Positions 24,771-38,238 of a stretch of 64,000 nucleotides of DNA are shown piece by piece. The notes under the pieces were generated by a model. It worked only from the letters and a program-made list of their open reading frames with translations. It had not been told where the DNA came from and made no database searches. Each line of letters starts with the position of its first letter. The stretch's first letter is position 1. Source of the DNA: Calcarisporiella thermophila CBS 279.70. Its lineage: Eukaryota > Fungi > Calcarisporiellomycota. The translations under genes and the position numbers were made by a program. The DNA lies in assembly GCF_041956535.1 (NCBI RefSeq), contig NW_027192205.1, forward strand, positions 124,001 through 188,000, read 5' to 3'.

Positions 24771-26162
24771 GGCTGTGGAAGTTTGCGGGCAAGGCTAGGC
24801 GAGAGAGCGGGGCGACCGTGTACCATTCACTGAGGAGAAAAGCCCAAACAGCACGGAACCACTCAGCAAGCGTTTTTCTATTTTACGTGTTTGGCGCCGG
24901 CAAGCCTTCGGGGTTCAGGTAAGGCGGCGGGGCAAACGGGAAAAGCCATTTATTTATATGTTGGGGGCCTTTGGCGGTGGGCTTTTGGGGACTGCGAAAT
25001 CCGTTTATAACCATGGATATCTGGCCCTATCTCGCCCTCTCTGCAACCGCCACTTTTTTTAGAGTAAACTTAGGATTACACCATTTTTTCAGGAAACAAG
25101 GTTGTCCCTTTCGGAACAAACTAAGAGATGCATACTAGTGCGGTATTATTTCTTCTAGATGTAACGGTGGCGGCGGGTTCCCCGCACACGCCCTCCCCCC
25201 GGCAACCGCCTGACTCTTGCAAACCGCCTGATGTGCTGGTGGTTTGGGAGACTCTATCGCGGAGGGCTGGCTGAGAGGCGAGCTTCCAGACCCCCCCTGT
25301 CGCAAAGAAGGCTTCCTCCGCGATTATCGCGGTGGGAATAAACCTACTCGCTAATCTCTGTGAAAAAAAAAAAATCTCGGGAGATGAACTCTAACTACCG
25401 CTTCAGCATGAACGAATATTGGGTCTGAGATTAAGGTTCCTAAGCATACCAATCCAGCACGGCTAGTGAGTTGAGGGCGGGCAGCTTCCGCCTGATCAAG
25501 GCTGCTCGTCACCCGTCGGCCGCAAGGCAGGCCCGGCTCAGAGTTGGATGCCTGATCAGCCTACCGTGTGAAATGGGTGTCTGCAGCAGCGGTTTACCCA
25601 GTTTGATCTCAGACTCCTGCAGGTCACTAGGGGGCATCGAGTTGGTGAGCGGGAAGAGTGGAAGAGCGGTGCTCTGATATCATGGCCCAAATTCGGACTT
25701 CTTTGGCCGAATACAAACAAAGCCTAACCTCGCTCGCGCCAGGAGCTCGAGGTACAAGCGCAGGAGTGTGTTTTCATTTATCCAGCATCTGCCTCCTTCC
25801 TCCATGGAAAACCGCGGTCTAATTAGGAGCCTGCAGCGCGATTGGTGTGTGGGGATGTATAGAAGCTTGCGAATTCATGAGCGCATCCGCGCATGCATCT
25901 AAGGGGGAAACCACAGAAAAAATCGTACCACTTCTACCCATTGGATCGGTCATGCTATGGTTGCAGCACTCGCCACGGCTGCTCCATCGTCGGCTTATGC
26001 CAAGGCTTCTCAGTGGTGGCCCTCGTATCCCCTCTCCCCCCCCCCCTTCCCCTCCAATTTAAACCCCGATATACGTCATAGTGTCCTATTTTGCAACCTC
26101 CGAGAGCAAAAGAGCTCGTGTGTGCATGTGCTAATTGTCCGAGCAAGACCCATCCACCAGGT

Positions 26163-28539
26163 ATGATGGTCGACCACAAGACTCAGAAATACGATCGGCA
26201 ATTGCGGTACGTATACCACGCGTGTTTATGATCTGATCTGCTCTTCACACGATGCTGATCACTCTTGGATTCAAGCCTCTGGGCGGCCAATGGCCAAGCA
26301 ATGCTCGAGCAGTCGAAGGTCTGCTTGATCAACGGGACAGCCACAGGGGCCGAGGCATTGAAGAATCTCATCCTACCCGGTAGGATCCCCACAATCCTTG
26401 GATCTCTATCTTCCCCGGCTAGAATGATTAATTCTTTGGCGTCGATAGGGATTGGCTCTTTTACCGTCGTCGACGGCAAGCGCGTGTCAGGGGAGGACGT
26501 GGGTAACAACTTTTTCCTAGATGTAGATAGCATCGGTACATCGCGTGCAAAACGCGTCATGGAGCTACTTTACGAACTCAATGACGATGTGGAGGGATTT
26601 TATCTTGACGAGGCAAGCTGTCGACTCTAAAGATAACATCCGAAGATGAGCGCTAATTTGTGTCCCGATCCTATAATCACAGGATGCAGAGAGGCTGCTG
26701 GAGACAAAGCCTGAATTCTTTCGCCAATTTTCCTTGGTGATTGCTACGGCATTGCCGGAGAGCTCGGTGCTGAGACTTGCTGAAATATGTTGGAGCGCCG
26801 CCATTCCTCTCATCGTCGCACACGTTGTAGGGTTTGTGGGCTACTTCCGAATCGCAGTCCCTGAACATACCGGTAGGACATCGCGTCTTCAAACGCTTGG
26901 CTGTATTAATATCTCTTTTCATTTGTTTGTAACCAATTGTATATAACCCTTTTTTTTTTCCCACCTCTCCTGCCTAGTGGTGGAGAGCCATCCGGAAAGT
27001 ATTGTGGATTTGCGGCTGGATTGCCCGTTCCCAGCTCTACGCGAATACGCTGAATCTCTCAATTTTGCGGAAATGGACTCGCTGGAGCATGGCCATATAC
27101 CCTACGTGGCCATCCTATTAAAATTCATGAAGCTATACAAGGAAAAGGTCCGTACGGATGGCTCTGGAAATTGGAAGCCACAACAAGCTTTAACCATTGC
27201 CTAACTCTTAGCATGGGCGGGCCCCTAGCACGTCGGATGAGAAGAGCGAGTTCAAGGCGATGATTCGCAGTGAGATGAGGAGCTCTGACGAGGAAAATTT
27301 CGATGAGGCGATTAATGCGGTCTGGCGGGCTTGCACCGTGAGTAAGATACCAGAAGTGGTCCAGAAAATTTTTCGGGACGCAGCATGTGATAGTTTGAAC
27401 GCCCAGGTAGACACACTACCCCCCCCCTCCCCTTTCTTCCTTTCCGATTCATGCTGATTTTTCTATCACATTTACCCACGTGCATGTCTCGACAGTCGCC
27501 CAATTTTTGGGTCATTGCTAGGGCCGTGAGAGATTTCACAGCAAACGAAGGCGGGGGGCTCCTGCCACTAGCCGGCACTCTGCCCGATATGAAGGCGGAT
27601 ACTGAACGCTATGTGCTATTGCAAAACATGTACAGAACCTTGCTTTGTTTTCTCTAGCCGGGGATGCGGCTCTTCCATTTATTAAGCAAACCCTCTTCCT
27701 CCTCTCCCCATAGCTACCGGGCCAAAGCAAAGCAGGACATCTTGTCTGTCACCCAACGAGTCCACCAGCTCCTTGGTTCGTTGGGACGACCGGCGGACTC
27801 AATCCCCAGCGAGGAAATCGAGACCTTCTGCAAGCATGCGGGCTATATCCGAGTCTTACGCTACCGCTCCATTGGCGAGGAAGTTGCTCGCCCCAACCTA
27901 TCCGAAATCGGTATGTGAGATAGGAGGGCTTACCCGTGATGGCTGCGGATGGAAGAGTAATGCGAATTCTATTTTGCTCGTTTAGGTTCGAACCTTAAAG
28001 ATCCGGAGAGCACCTTGGTGTGGTATGTGATGCTACGGGCGGCTGAGCTCTTCCGCGAGGCCTATGGGAGATATCCTGGCAAGTATTGAGACGTTGGTCG
28101 AGGCTAAGAATAGCAGTGGAATGCTAATATTTGCCGGCACACACACTCTCTCCCCCTCTCCTCCCCCTCCAGGTGTCGATGATGAAACTTTAAATGATGA
28201 CGTAAGAGCCATGCGCAAAGTGGTGAACGAGATGCTAGAAAAGTGGGGGCTCGATGCCTCCTTGATAGCTGATGACTATGTGCAAGAAATGTAAGTTGGC
28301 TGGAGATGGCTTGCTGTTTTCCCCCTCCTCTTCCCCCTCCTCTTCGTCTGCCCCCTCATACGATTCAATGGCCTGATAGGTGCCGGTACGGTAATGCGGA
28401 AATGCCACACCTAGCGGCGGTGCTTGGAGGCATGGTTTCACAAGAGGCAATCAAACTCATTACACATCAGTACGTTCCGCTCGATAACACGTGTGTTTTC
28501 GATGGGGGTCGGGCAATATCGTGTCAATTTTGTTTGTAG
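26163..28539 (+). CDS. ULA1: NEDD8-activating enzyme E1 regulatory subunit (NAE1/APPBP1), multi-exon
   Basis: [71 protein letters not shown]. Confidence 0.95.
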
Positions 28540-29062
28540 CAGCAGAGGTGGAGGGGGTCGAGCCAGGCCCTATCCCCCCCCCCCCCCCGCCATCCACGCA
28601 TCCATCATCACCGACAGCCCGTGCTTCTATTCGTTTTCCGTCTTGCCTGCATTGCTTTTCCAATACACTTACACATATATGTACACCTATATATACTCCC
28701 TTTTTCCTCCTCTAACTCTGCATGGAATGATGTATGTGGCACAGCGGTTGAACCAAACGGCACGGCTCTATGCATGTGCTCCATGATTATTAAAAAAACG
28801 CGGCGATTCCATGGATGATGACTTGCATCGTCCATGCCTATCATCGCTGCAAGAAAACACAACAAACTATGCCTCTTATGTAAGATGGTGGGAGCGACCA
28901 CTCATATTCGGCAGGGTAAAACTGTGTATCAAAGGGTCCAGCGGTCTAAACCTATTTTCAGACAATTTTCAGGTTTATCTTTTTTTTTCCCCGCATCCAC
29001 AAAACACAGCCCAGTTCCCACTACGACAGACTCTAGAATAAAGCTTCCTCCCTTGAATCATT

Positions 29063-31186
29063 ATGGCATTACCAAGTGACGACGGGGATGCACGCACTCT
29101 AGGCTACAGCGATGGGGAAAAGGAGGGCCACTGCGAAACCTTGAAGGTTGGGAAAGAGTTGGCGGTACAAGAGTTAAACCGTGTACCTTGTGGACTGGAG
29201 CTAAAGCGGAGCCAGCTCCTGGTGATATTCATAGGGTAAGTCGGAAAACCAATTCCATAACAGAGTCCTGTCAAGGAAATGACATGGGAGGGGGGTGGAC
29301 GGTTAGGCTCTCACTGGCGCTCTTCCTAGTGGCCGTGGATGTAACCATTACAAGCACTGCAATGGGCAAAATCGGTAGCGAATTCAAAGTTCTTGATCAG
29401 GTCGCGTGGATTGGTAACCATTCCCACCGCTTTCCCCAAGCAAGCTCTTCCTAAATCTCATGCCCACTTGCATGTTGTAGCGACCGCATATATTCTGACC
29501 TACAATTCATTTCAGCCACTGTTTGGGAAGTTCAGCGACATCTTCGGTCGGAAACTAACGTAAGCTCTTCGATTTCGGCTGTTGCCAACGATAGGAAAGG
29601 GCTCTGGGCTTCGTGTACTAATACCCCACATGCCAAAAAAAAAAAAACAATAGCATCTTGTTTAGTTCGATCGTCTTCCTTGTCGCCTCCATTATGTGCG
29701 GCATTGCGCCCAATATCACCTTTCTCGTCGTATTTCGAGCAGTACAAGGATTGGGCGGATCCGGAGTCTATGCAATGGTGTTGATTATCATTGCGGATTT
29801 GACAACCCTACGAGACCGAGCAAAGTACAACTCGTAAGTATGGCGCCTATATGCGTCGGCAACATGACAGGTGACCGAGTCTCGTTTGTGCTCCTAAAAT
29901 AGGTTAATGAACGTCACGTATGCATTTGCGGCGGTGGGTGGCCCTGTGCTGGGGGGTGTTTTTACCGACAAGGCGACTTGGCGCTGGGCCTTCTACATAA
30001 AGTATTGCGCGCTGGACTTAGGTGTATCTATGGAAACGTGTAACCTATGTATTCCTCTTGCTTTAGCGTTCCCATCGGCGCAGTTGCCATCCTCATCCTC
30101 TTCTTCTCGGTGCAACTGCCGAAGCCTAAGGGCTCTCTTCGGCAAAAGCTCTTTCGCATCGACCTTCTCGGCACCTTTCTCATCGTGAGCGGGACCACCC
30201 TGCTCCTACTCGCCATGACGTGGGGCGGCGTCAAGTTTCCCTGGTCTCACCCCGCAGTCATCAGCTGCTTTATCCTGTCCGCCCTAAGCTTCGCCGCCCT
30301 GATATACGTGGAGTCTCGGGTTGCCAAAGAGCCGCTTCTGCCCTTGCGCTTGTTCCAGAACCTCGTGGTATGCGCCGTTTTTATCAGCAACTGGTTCCAA
30401 GGAGTAGGGTTTTTCACCATGATGTACTACGTGCCGCTCTTCTTTCAAGTTGTATTGAACGAGCCGGCCATGCTGAGCGGCGTGAAACTTATCCCCATGT
30501 AAGTGAACTTGCTGCGTCTCTCCCACGCCAGCATAGAGCGGAGGAGAGGACTGATCTCCATGCTGATGGGTTTATTTCATCACTATAGGCAAATTGCACT
30601 CACCATCGTGGCCACGTCCATGGGCTGGCTTTTTGCACGGTACCCTGCCTCTCCGCGCTACTGCACCGTGATTGGGCTGGGCATCTTCACGGTTGGAGTA
30701 GGGCTCATGAGTACCTGGGATGCGAGCTCCCCACTTGCAGCTCAATACGGCTACATGGCCATCAACGGGATTGCGATGGGGCTCAACATGCCAGGCAATA
30801 TCATCACGCTTCAGTCGGTAGTGCAGGTGGAGGACTTGGCCGTCGCAACGGGGCTCGGGTCCTTTTTCCAGATGCTGGGGGGTGCGGTGGGGGTCGCGAT
30901 AGGGTCTGTAGTGATGAATGCGAAGCTGTGGAACGACCTCCCCTTGGTCCTCCCGGAACCGCTCGTGCACGAGGTGGTGGCCTCGGTCTCGAACATCCGG
31001 GGAAGCCATTTCTCTCCCGAGCAGTCGGCGTACATCTTAGAGGTGTATACTCATGCGCTGCAGAAGGTGTTCAGAGTGACCACACCATTGGTCGGCGTGG
31101 GATTTGTGGTGAGCTTCGGCGTCTTGCTGTTTTGGCGGAGGGTGGTGGATGGCGGGCTGCACATGGATGAGGTTGTAGAGGGATGA
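29063..31186 (+). CDS. MFS drug:H+ antiporter (DHA2/EmrB-like, 14-TM type), multi-exon
   Basis: [71 protein letters not shown]. Confidence 0.92.
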
Positions 31187-31640
31187 GCTGGGGATCGGCG
31201 GGGCATCAGTGCTTGTCCCCTACTCCTCCTAGCCTCCTATTGTTTTCCTTCTCCTCCCTGGTGTCATGTGATTTTTCTTCGAAACTTACTCTTCCACTGT
31301 GTATATCGCTGTTATTTTCCCGGGTCTACTTTACCTCTTCTACTTTGTCATTTTCTTCTCGTGTAAGCATCCCTTGCTCTCCCCCCTCCCCCCCTTTTGT
31401 TTTGCTGGATCTCCTTCTTTCGCTTGTGCCTTTTGTGTCTATTTCCGTTGTAACTGAATGCAAAAAGCAATTCATTATTTATATATATGTTGACATATTT
31501 CTTTCACGTTCCACCCTCTTCAATTTCTTTGTATTGTAATATCCTTGATCACCGCTATGATATTATTTAACAGCTTGAAATACAAAATAAATACTAAGAT
31601 AGGATCGAATCTTAGGATGGACTCAGGAGGGGCGAGATGC

Positions 31641-33250
31641 TTATAGCTTTGCCCCAGCATGATTCGGTTGGCTCGACTCCGCAGTCCATCCGGCGAGCAT
31701 GTCCATCACAATATTGTATCGGTCGTGGCCCCACACCACGGGGCCATGGTTGACCTGGTAGCTGGGGACGCCGCACAGCCCCGTCTTCAGCGCACGCTCG
31801 TTGCACCGCTTAAGCTGCTCCTTCACGTCGTTCTTGTTCTCCTCCACCGCCTGCACAAGCGCTTCGCCGGGAAACCCGTTCTCATTCAACACCTGGGTGA
31901 GGACGGCAGGGTTGCCGATGTTACGGTCGTGCACCCATCCCGCCTTGAAAATCGCCTCGAGCGTCTCCGGCTGCAGCAGGAACACCCTCAGCGGAAGCGG
32001 CGTTCGCAGTGGGAAGTCCGAGGGATAGTTCAGCTCCAGGTTTGCCAGCTCAGGCTCACGCGTTTGATGGCCAATGGCGCGCCACCAGTCGACCCATCGA
32101 TACATATCCCGGGAGCCAAGCGCCCTTTGCGCCTCTGACGCCACTTCCATCGGGACAATCGGGGTCCCGATGTCACGAAACAAGCCGCCAACCAGCACTG
32201 GCACATATTCCACCTCGACAAGGGGACCGGCCAGCTTCAAGAGATGATGGCGCAACGACATCAGGCCCAGATAGGACCAGGGGCTCGAGAAATCAAAGTA
32301 AAACGTCAAGTGGGTTTTTTGCTTAACTTGCCACGAGGGCACGCTGCGAGGAATCAGGCTCACCAGGTCATCCACCTCCTTCCAAGCACCACACGACCCA
32401 TTGCCCCCTTTGGCGATGGACCGGAGAGTTGCCTCTACAAAATGCATCCTGTCCTGACCCCAGAAGAGCTCTCCTTCTCCGTCCTCACCGGCACCAGGGA
32501 TGAAGAAAGTTGGGACCCCAATAGCGCCGCGACTGACGGCTTCTGTCGTCACACGCTGGAGGGATTCTTTGACTTCTGGCCGCGAAAACGTATTCTTATC
32601 CACTCCAGGAATGGCCAGCTCGTCGGCAATCTTGATGAGGGTATCGGCGTTCGAGATGTCGCCATTCTCCACCCAATAGAGCCTAAAAAGCCTGTGCATT
32701 AATCGTATCCTATACTGGTCGGGAATTGCGTGGAACAGTCTCATGGCTAAATGGAAATGGCATTGTTACAAACAAATCGAATTCAGTATGCATACCCACA
32801 TACTCAAATTCAAGAATATGACGATTACCATCAACGCTCCGAACAGGATGCTGGTCGTTCCACATGAAGGGAATCTTGTATTTTGCAATGTGCCGGAAGA
32901 GATCTTCCGAGTGCAGAATCTTTTTCGCCGGCGCCATCGCGTCAGTCGCGCTTCCTTTGCCATGCGGAGCGCGCGTGTCGCTGTATATTCCACCGAGAAG
33001 CACTGGCTTCACTATGAGATAAACTCGGGGTTAGAGTTTCTGCACAATAGCAGAAAAGAGTAGAGGAAAACTCACAAACGAGCTTGGAGCCCGAGCGCTG
33101 CACCAAGGATTCAATCCGCGTCGATGCAATGTAGGCATAGGGACACTGATTCCGACATACCCGCGGTTAGCGTGCATATAATGCCTCGACAGGTAATGGG
33201 GGCATTCTTACCTGAATGTCAAAGTAAAATTCGAGGATTGGCTCTGACAT
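31641..33250 (-). CDS. Tandem two-domain DsbA-like / GST-kappa (HCCA isomerase family) protein with PTS1
   Basis: Domain 1: EFYFDIQ-CPYAY...PVLLGG...GAIGVPTF...FWGQDRMHF. Domain 2: FYFDFSSPWSY...PVLVGG...GLCGVPSY...WGHDR. Ends in -AKL. Confidence 0.88.
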
Positions 33251-33669
33251 CGATTCCTGGTCAAATTGATCAAAAACACGTTACGAAAAGTAGAGAGCAC
33301 TTTCCCCCTCTCCCCCATCATTTTCTGCCGCCGCCAATAAAATCCAATTTTGCGAGATGCCCAAATTTATATTCACATGCTAATGATAAATGGCGGAATT
33401 CCTATGTTCCGAATCTTGGAAAACGAATAGTGTTGAAAATGGAGATATCTTCTACCAGTTTGGCAATACTCGTGTTCCATTATTCATTAAGCTGAAATCT
33501 TTATACAAAGGCGGTCCATATGAATAATATTTAACAGGAAAAAAAAAGGTATGAGACAAATGGACAATAGCTCGTTCCTCTAAGTTAATGTTATTTGCAG
33601 CATAAGAACAAAAATCTAGTCCTTGTTCCTCCATGCTTTTCTATATATTTTATGGGGAGTGACAGGCGA

Positions 33670-34722
33670 TCAGCGCCTGTGCTTTTCGCACCTTTCCCGG
33701 TTCACCTTCATATGCCTTCCGAGGGCATCCATTCTTGCAAAACTTCTCCCACACATGTTACATTTATATGGTTTTAAACCAGTGTGCAGCTTCGAGTGGC
33801 GATCACAATCATGTCGCCGCAAGAAAGCTTTGTCGCAACTCTTATTTGGGCACTTGAACGGGCGCTCGGAACTGTGGCTACGCATGTGGGATTTGAGATT
33901 GTATAATTTCGAGAAAACTTTGGGACAAAATAGACAGCGAAGTTGAGGACACGACGATTCCGAGGGAGAGTCTGTGGGGGTAGTCTGAACTATTCCGTTG
34001 AGAGGTGGAGTAGGCATGGAAGAGTGAGGCTCAGGATTCGACCAAGCAAGAGAAAAGCCAGGAATGCGTACGTCTGTGGAATATAACATGTCATGTCTGG
34101 GAGCCGACAAGAGACTGTCGTCCAACTCGGGAGCAAAGTCTAAGGATAAGGGTGGAGATGCGTAATGGCTTGTGAAATTATCATCTTGCTCCGGACAATA
34201 TAATACAGAGGATTTTGAAGCTTTCTGGTGAGCGGGATTATTCATTGCCGTTTGCTGGATTGCTTGAGATGAGTTGGAAGACGGTCCACTAGAGTCAGCA
34301 AACAATGCTGGCTTCGTCATTGAGTCGCCAGGAATCGTCAGATAATCCTGATCTTGCCTTTGACCCAGCTCTTCTTTCTTTATCCGCTTGTCGGCTTCTA
34401 AATTCAAGTGTAGCTCAGAGGGAAAGATCTTGTTAATATTTTCTTTCTGTAAAAGAAGGTTGGACGCAATTGAAGGGAAAGTAGAAAGGTTAGTATGGCC
34501 GATAGGAATCGGTGTGAGGGTTGGTTGAAAATATGAGCTCTGTAAGGCGTGACATGTTTGTAAACTTGGGCGATATCCTGAGACATCAGTATTAGTAGCA
34601 CGTTCGGTGTGGTCTGTCGATGCTTGTTCCGAACCGGGTTGAGCATACGGAGCAGAAGAAAGCTTCAGGATGGATTGCTGATCCAGACTTTGTGAAATGG
34701 AAACAAAGGTGAAGGGATGCAT
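33670..34722 (-). CDS. C2H2 zinc-finger transcription factor with Crz1-type fingers, intronless, 350 aa
   Basis: CLFCPKVFSKLYNLKSHMRSH-SSERPFKC, KAFLRRHDCDRHSKLH-TGLKPYKC, GRSFARMDALGRH. Confidence 0.88.
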   Translation of the reverse strand: MHPFTFVSISQSLDQQSILKLSSAPYAQPGSEQASTDHTERATNTDVSGYRPSLQTCHALQSSYFQPTLTPIPIGHTNLSTFPSIASNLLLQKENINKIFPSELHLNLEADKRIKKEELGQRQDQDYLTIPGDSMTKPALFADSSGPSSNSSQAIQQTAMNNPAHQKASKSSVLYCPEQDDNFTSHYASPPLSLDFAPELDDSLLSAPRHDMLYSTDVRIPGFSLAWSNPEPHSSMPTPPLNGIVQTTPTDSPSESSCPQLRCLFCPKVFSKLYNLKSHMRSHSSERPFKCPNKSCDKAFLRRHDCDRHSKLHTGLKPYKCNMCGRSFARMDALGRHMKVNRERCEKHRR

Positions 34723-35944
34723 GGCTTGGTTTAAGGCTAAAATTGACTAGCCACAGCTGGGTACCAATTCCTGAACAAGGAAGCCTTTTATAGGGTAATC
34801 TTAGAGCATTGCTTATAAGATTTGCTTCCTAGTGTCAAAGCCCTGTCAACACTGTTACAAATGATAGCCTTATCCCTCTTTGGATTGAGCTCGGTCAAAG
34901 GCGCGCTTTCACTTCAAATCTTAATATATTAAAATCAGGTGTCGCTGCGTTCACGATTCCAATCATTGAGCGTGAGTATGCTGTCATCACTGATACAGTG
35001 CAGTTCGGCCAAATATTCCACCAATGGTACCAGAATATACTTTTGCAAACTTGCCTCTTCGGAGCTCTTGAAATTTTTGGGAGTTCAATTTAATGGCAAG
35101 TTTGGCTCGGATTTTTGCGATTTGCAAAATCCAAAGCCCAATTTCGGATATCTGTGGAAAGTGGGGTGGTTTATTTAACGAATTAAGGCGGCGTGTCCTC
35201 AGCATGGGCTTCGAGAAGCTTCAGTGTGAATGAGTACTTAGGGAATACCGCAGTATTATCGTGAGGTACTTCACACCTATAACTACTTGATATCCAGTGA
35301 TTGGTTTTAGTTATCTTTTCGGCATATTCTCCGTTCAGACCTATATGTACAAGCTAATACTCTATTAATGCGACAATGGCTGATATATCTTCCAAGCCAC
35401 ACTTGCTACTTTGCTACTCTGGAGGATGCTGGCCAAAAATTGATCAATATGGGAACAATACATAAAAATAAACGTAGGTTACAAGTACCTCTAAAAATTA
35501 TTGAGTGATTTCGAGCGGTTTTCTCTTCTGAGCCGCCTCTCATATCTCTAAGCATCCGCTTGGACCATTATTTATGCACATTTATAAAAGGTCCGATTAA
35601 AAGGCTAGATCCTATCTTACCAGGCCGAGGCTTTTCCACCGCGATTCTGGGCCTGTCAGGCTGATATTCAAACTTTGTTTAACTTTTTCACTTTTCCAGC
35701 AATCAATACAGTTCTTAACGTATCGAGAGCGACTTCGATTCCATACTTGCATTTGAGATGGTTTTGTATAGAGTTGTTTCTGAAAGATTATTTGGGATGA
35801 ATATAGAACACAAGGTGTTAAGAAACTTTTGAGAGCCACTCTATTTGTAATGATAATCTTGCCGGAAATAAGATCCATTTTAATAAAAAGAAGAGATATC
35901 TCTAAACTTCTAGGAAATACTTTAATATATTAACATCCTTATAT

Positions 35945-37560
35945 TTCTTTCTGAGATTAACTTGAAATTTAAATTTTTTCAACAAACTTTCTGGTATATC
36001 TGTTTTCGCCATAGCATTGGCCAAATCTTTGAATGGTCGTTTCATGATGATACGCTCTGCGTAGGAATATCCAACTCCATCAATTCGGAGTATGTCTTTT
36101 CGTTTAGCATTATCCAAAGGACCAACAACAGCAAACAGATACGCTCTGCCCGCAGATGGACCAAAATATTTGAGCCAATTTGTTTTATCAACAATTTCTG
36201 ACCGCTCTGGAAGCTCAAATATTTCAGCATCACCAGTCGTATAAAGGATGAAAATATCTCTATGCGATGCGGTTTTATCTCGTTCTCTTTGATATAGCTC
36301 TTTACTAAGTCGTGACAAACTAAAATGTTTATGAACTTCGTTCAGACATTCATCCTTAGATCCGAGGTCTAATCCCATGAAAGAGTCTCCGAATGGTGCG
36401 GAGGATCCGTTAAGTATACAATGTCAGCCTTCCCTGATATTAACAGTTTCAAATTTGCATTTAGCACTCCATTTATCAGGTAGGTGATCACAGGTCTAAG
36501 TGATTTCCCGTTGAGTAACGCATTCTAAACTCAAATGGTGATTTATAACTTTTATCCTTGCATTTAAACGTGCTCCCGTATGAATTTTTGAAATATCTCT
36601 AAGTTCTCCTTCATCAAATGCCCGTGATTTCAGACAGCGAAATGATGCCACAAGTACTCAAAAGCTTGCCAAAGCTGAACTCCTGGAGGCGATCTTGGGT
36701 CTATTACCGATCTCAATTCACTGTAATCACAAAATTTCCTATTCCATAGAATTAGATCATCCTCTGAGGGAGGGGGGTTATTCGTGCCAAAACCCATATC
36801 CATATATATGGCATATTGAGGTATCCTTCAGTGGAATCATCGTATAAATCGAACCGAATCAGCCCGGGCTGTGCTAATTGCTCTGGGGTTCTATTAGTGC
36901 CTGGGACAATCTCATCTACAATTAAGCGATGATGCGAGAGTATTGCTCGTACAACAGCATTGGCGTCGCTAGCAGAAATTTTAATTGCCTGACTATACCG
37001 TGCCTTGAAATATAAAAGAGCTCATGCATTAAATCTTCAATATTGTCTTCCTCTAGTTAGACATTATTTAATGCCTCGTAAAGTGCCTCAAGCCCATGCC
37101 CTGCACAATCACTTACTAGAACGCTCAAGACATAATCATCTTCTCGGAAAGCATGTATTCGGGGATCCCCAAGTCGGATTATTGGAGGAGACAGAGATAC
37201 AACTAATCCGTAGGCACAGAGACGACTCAAATGAAATACTTTATTAGCACCCTCTAATCATCTATCTTGGGCCGGTTGAAAAGTAAGTGCATGGCGAAGT
37301 AGATTCGGAGGAAATTGTGACAGCGTTTTGATCGAAATTGATGCTATGTAGCTGATTAGCATGGTGCCTGAACGGTATCTTGACGTCGTGATAGCCAAGA
37401 GAGGATACCATAGATGTCAGCTGAGGGCGTACTTGGGAGCAAAATCTCAACTCTTAATTACCAGGTTTCTATTGAAAAGGAGGGAAGAGTATCAAGATCG
37501 ACCTAAAACCTCGCTCGGCAAATTATCCATATACCTGGATTGAATGAATGTCATTCCCAG
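35945..37560 (-). pseudogene. Crinkler (CRN)-like gene remnant with C-terminal helix-hairpin-helix region
   Basis: Colinear peptides across stops and frameshifts: SDCAGHG, PGTNRTPEQLAQPGLIRF, GYLNMPYIWIWV, WQAFE/VASFRCLKS...IHTGARLN...FINHHL, NGSSAPFGDSF, FILYTT, NWLKYFGPSAGRAY, IDGVG...AERIIMKRPF. These match my recollection of fungal CRN C-termini. The 5' limit is approximate. Confidence 0.6.
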
Positions 37561-37950
37561 AATAGCTATTAGTAGGTATCCTATTGAACTTACATAAAAA
37601 TGGTACAGCTGCGCTTGTAAAATACACATATACACATATATTCACCTTGCACTTGTATGCGAGATAATTCAAATTTAATTAGAATTTTTTCTCAATTCTT
37701 AAGTAAACGTATATATATTGCGACGGTTTATTTTTCGATTTCTACCATTCGGCGTTGAAGTTCCTTTTTTTATCACGGCTGGAATGAGCTACCAAAAATA
37801 GCTTGGGTACAGCATATCTTTTTCAATGACATCCTATTTTCTATTCTACAGGGGATTTCGTGATCTTGAGTATATAAGGATGGTATACAATTCCTGAGAT
37901 ACTCTCCTGTAACGGCTCCATCTCCATTTTAACGGATCAATATTATCAAC

Positions 37951-38238
37951 ATGAGGCTTCCAAGTTGCATTCGAGTATTCCTCTTTATTCAAATGATCGA
38001 AACTCTCCTGCTGATCACGGCCACTCGTATCACTATTTCCTGTGATTACAGGAGCGATGCAGAAAACTGTTTTTCTAATATAGATATGACAGAGGGTTTA
38101 GAGAAATGTGTACTTAGAGGACGTGATATAGAATGCGTACACAGCGATTATGAGTGTGAAGGTGGATTTAACCTAGAGGATTTTATCAGTCCGAGGCTTT
38201 GTAAACATTGTGAACTTTCTGACTGTTATGATCGTTGA
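37951..38238 (+). CDS. Small cysteine-rich putative secreted protein, 95 aa
   Basis: Hydrophobic N-terminus, 8 Cys in the mature part, TATATAAG about 80 nt upstream, CAACATG start context, AATAAA downstream. Confidence 0.65.
   Translation: MRLPSCIRVFLFIQMIETLLLITATRITISCDYRSDAENCFSNIDMTEGLEKCVLRGRDIECVHSDYECEGGFNLEDFISPRLCKHCELSDCYDR

Noticed and set aside
25415-25705. RNase P RNA-like snippets (GGTCTGAGA ... CCCAAATTCGGACTT) with some pairing potential
   Set aside because: The GGAA part of CR-I is missing and no P1 helix can be formed. Would need an Infernal hit to RF00009.
21198-28590. Recurrent poly-C/poly-G runs
   Set aside because: They lie in introns and UTRs as simple homopolymers; no array, CRISPR or telomere structure.
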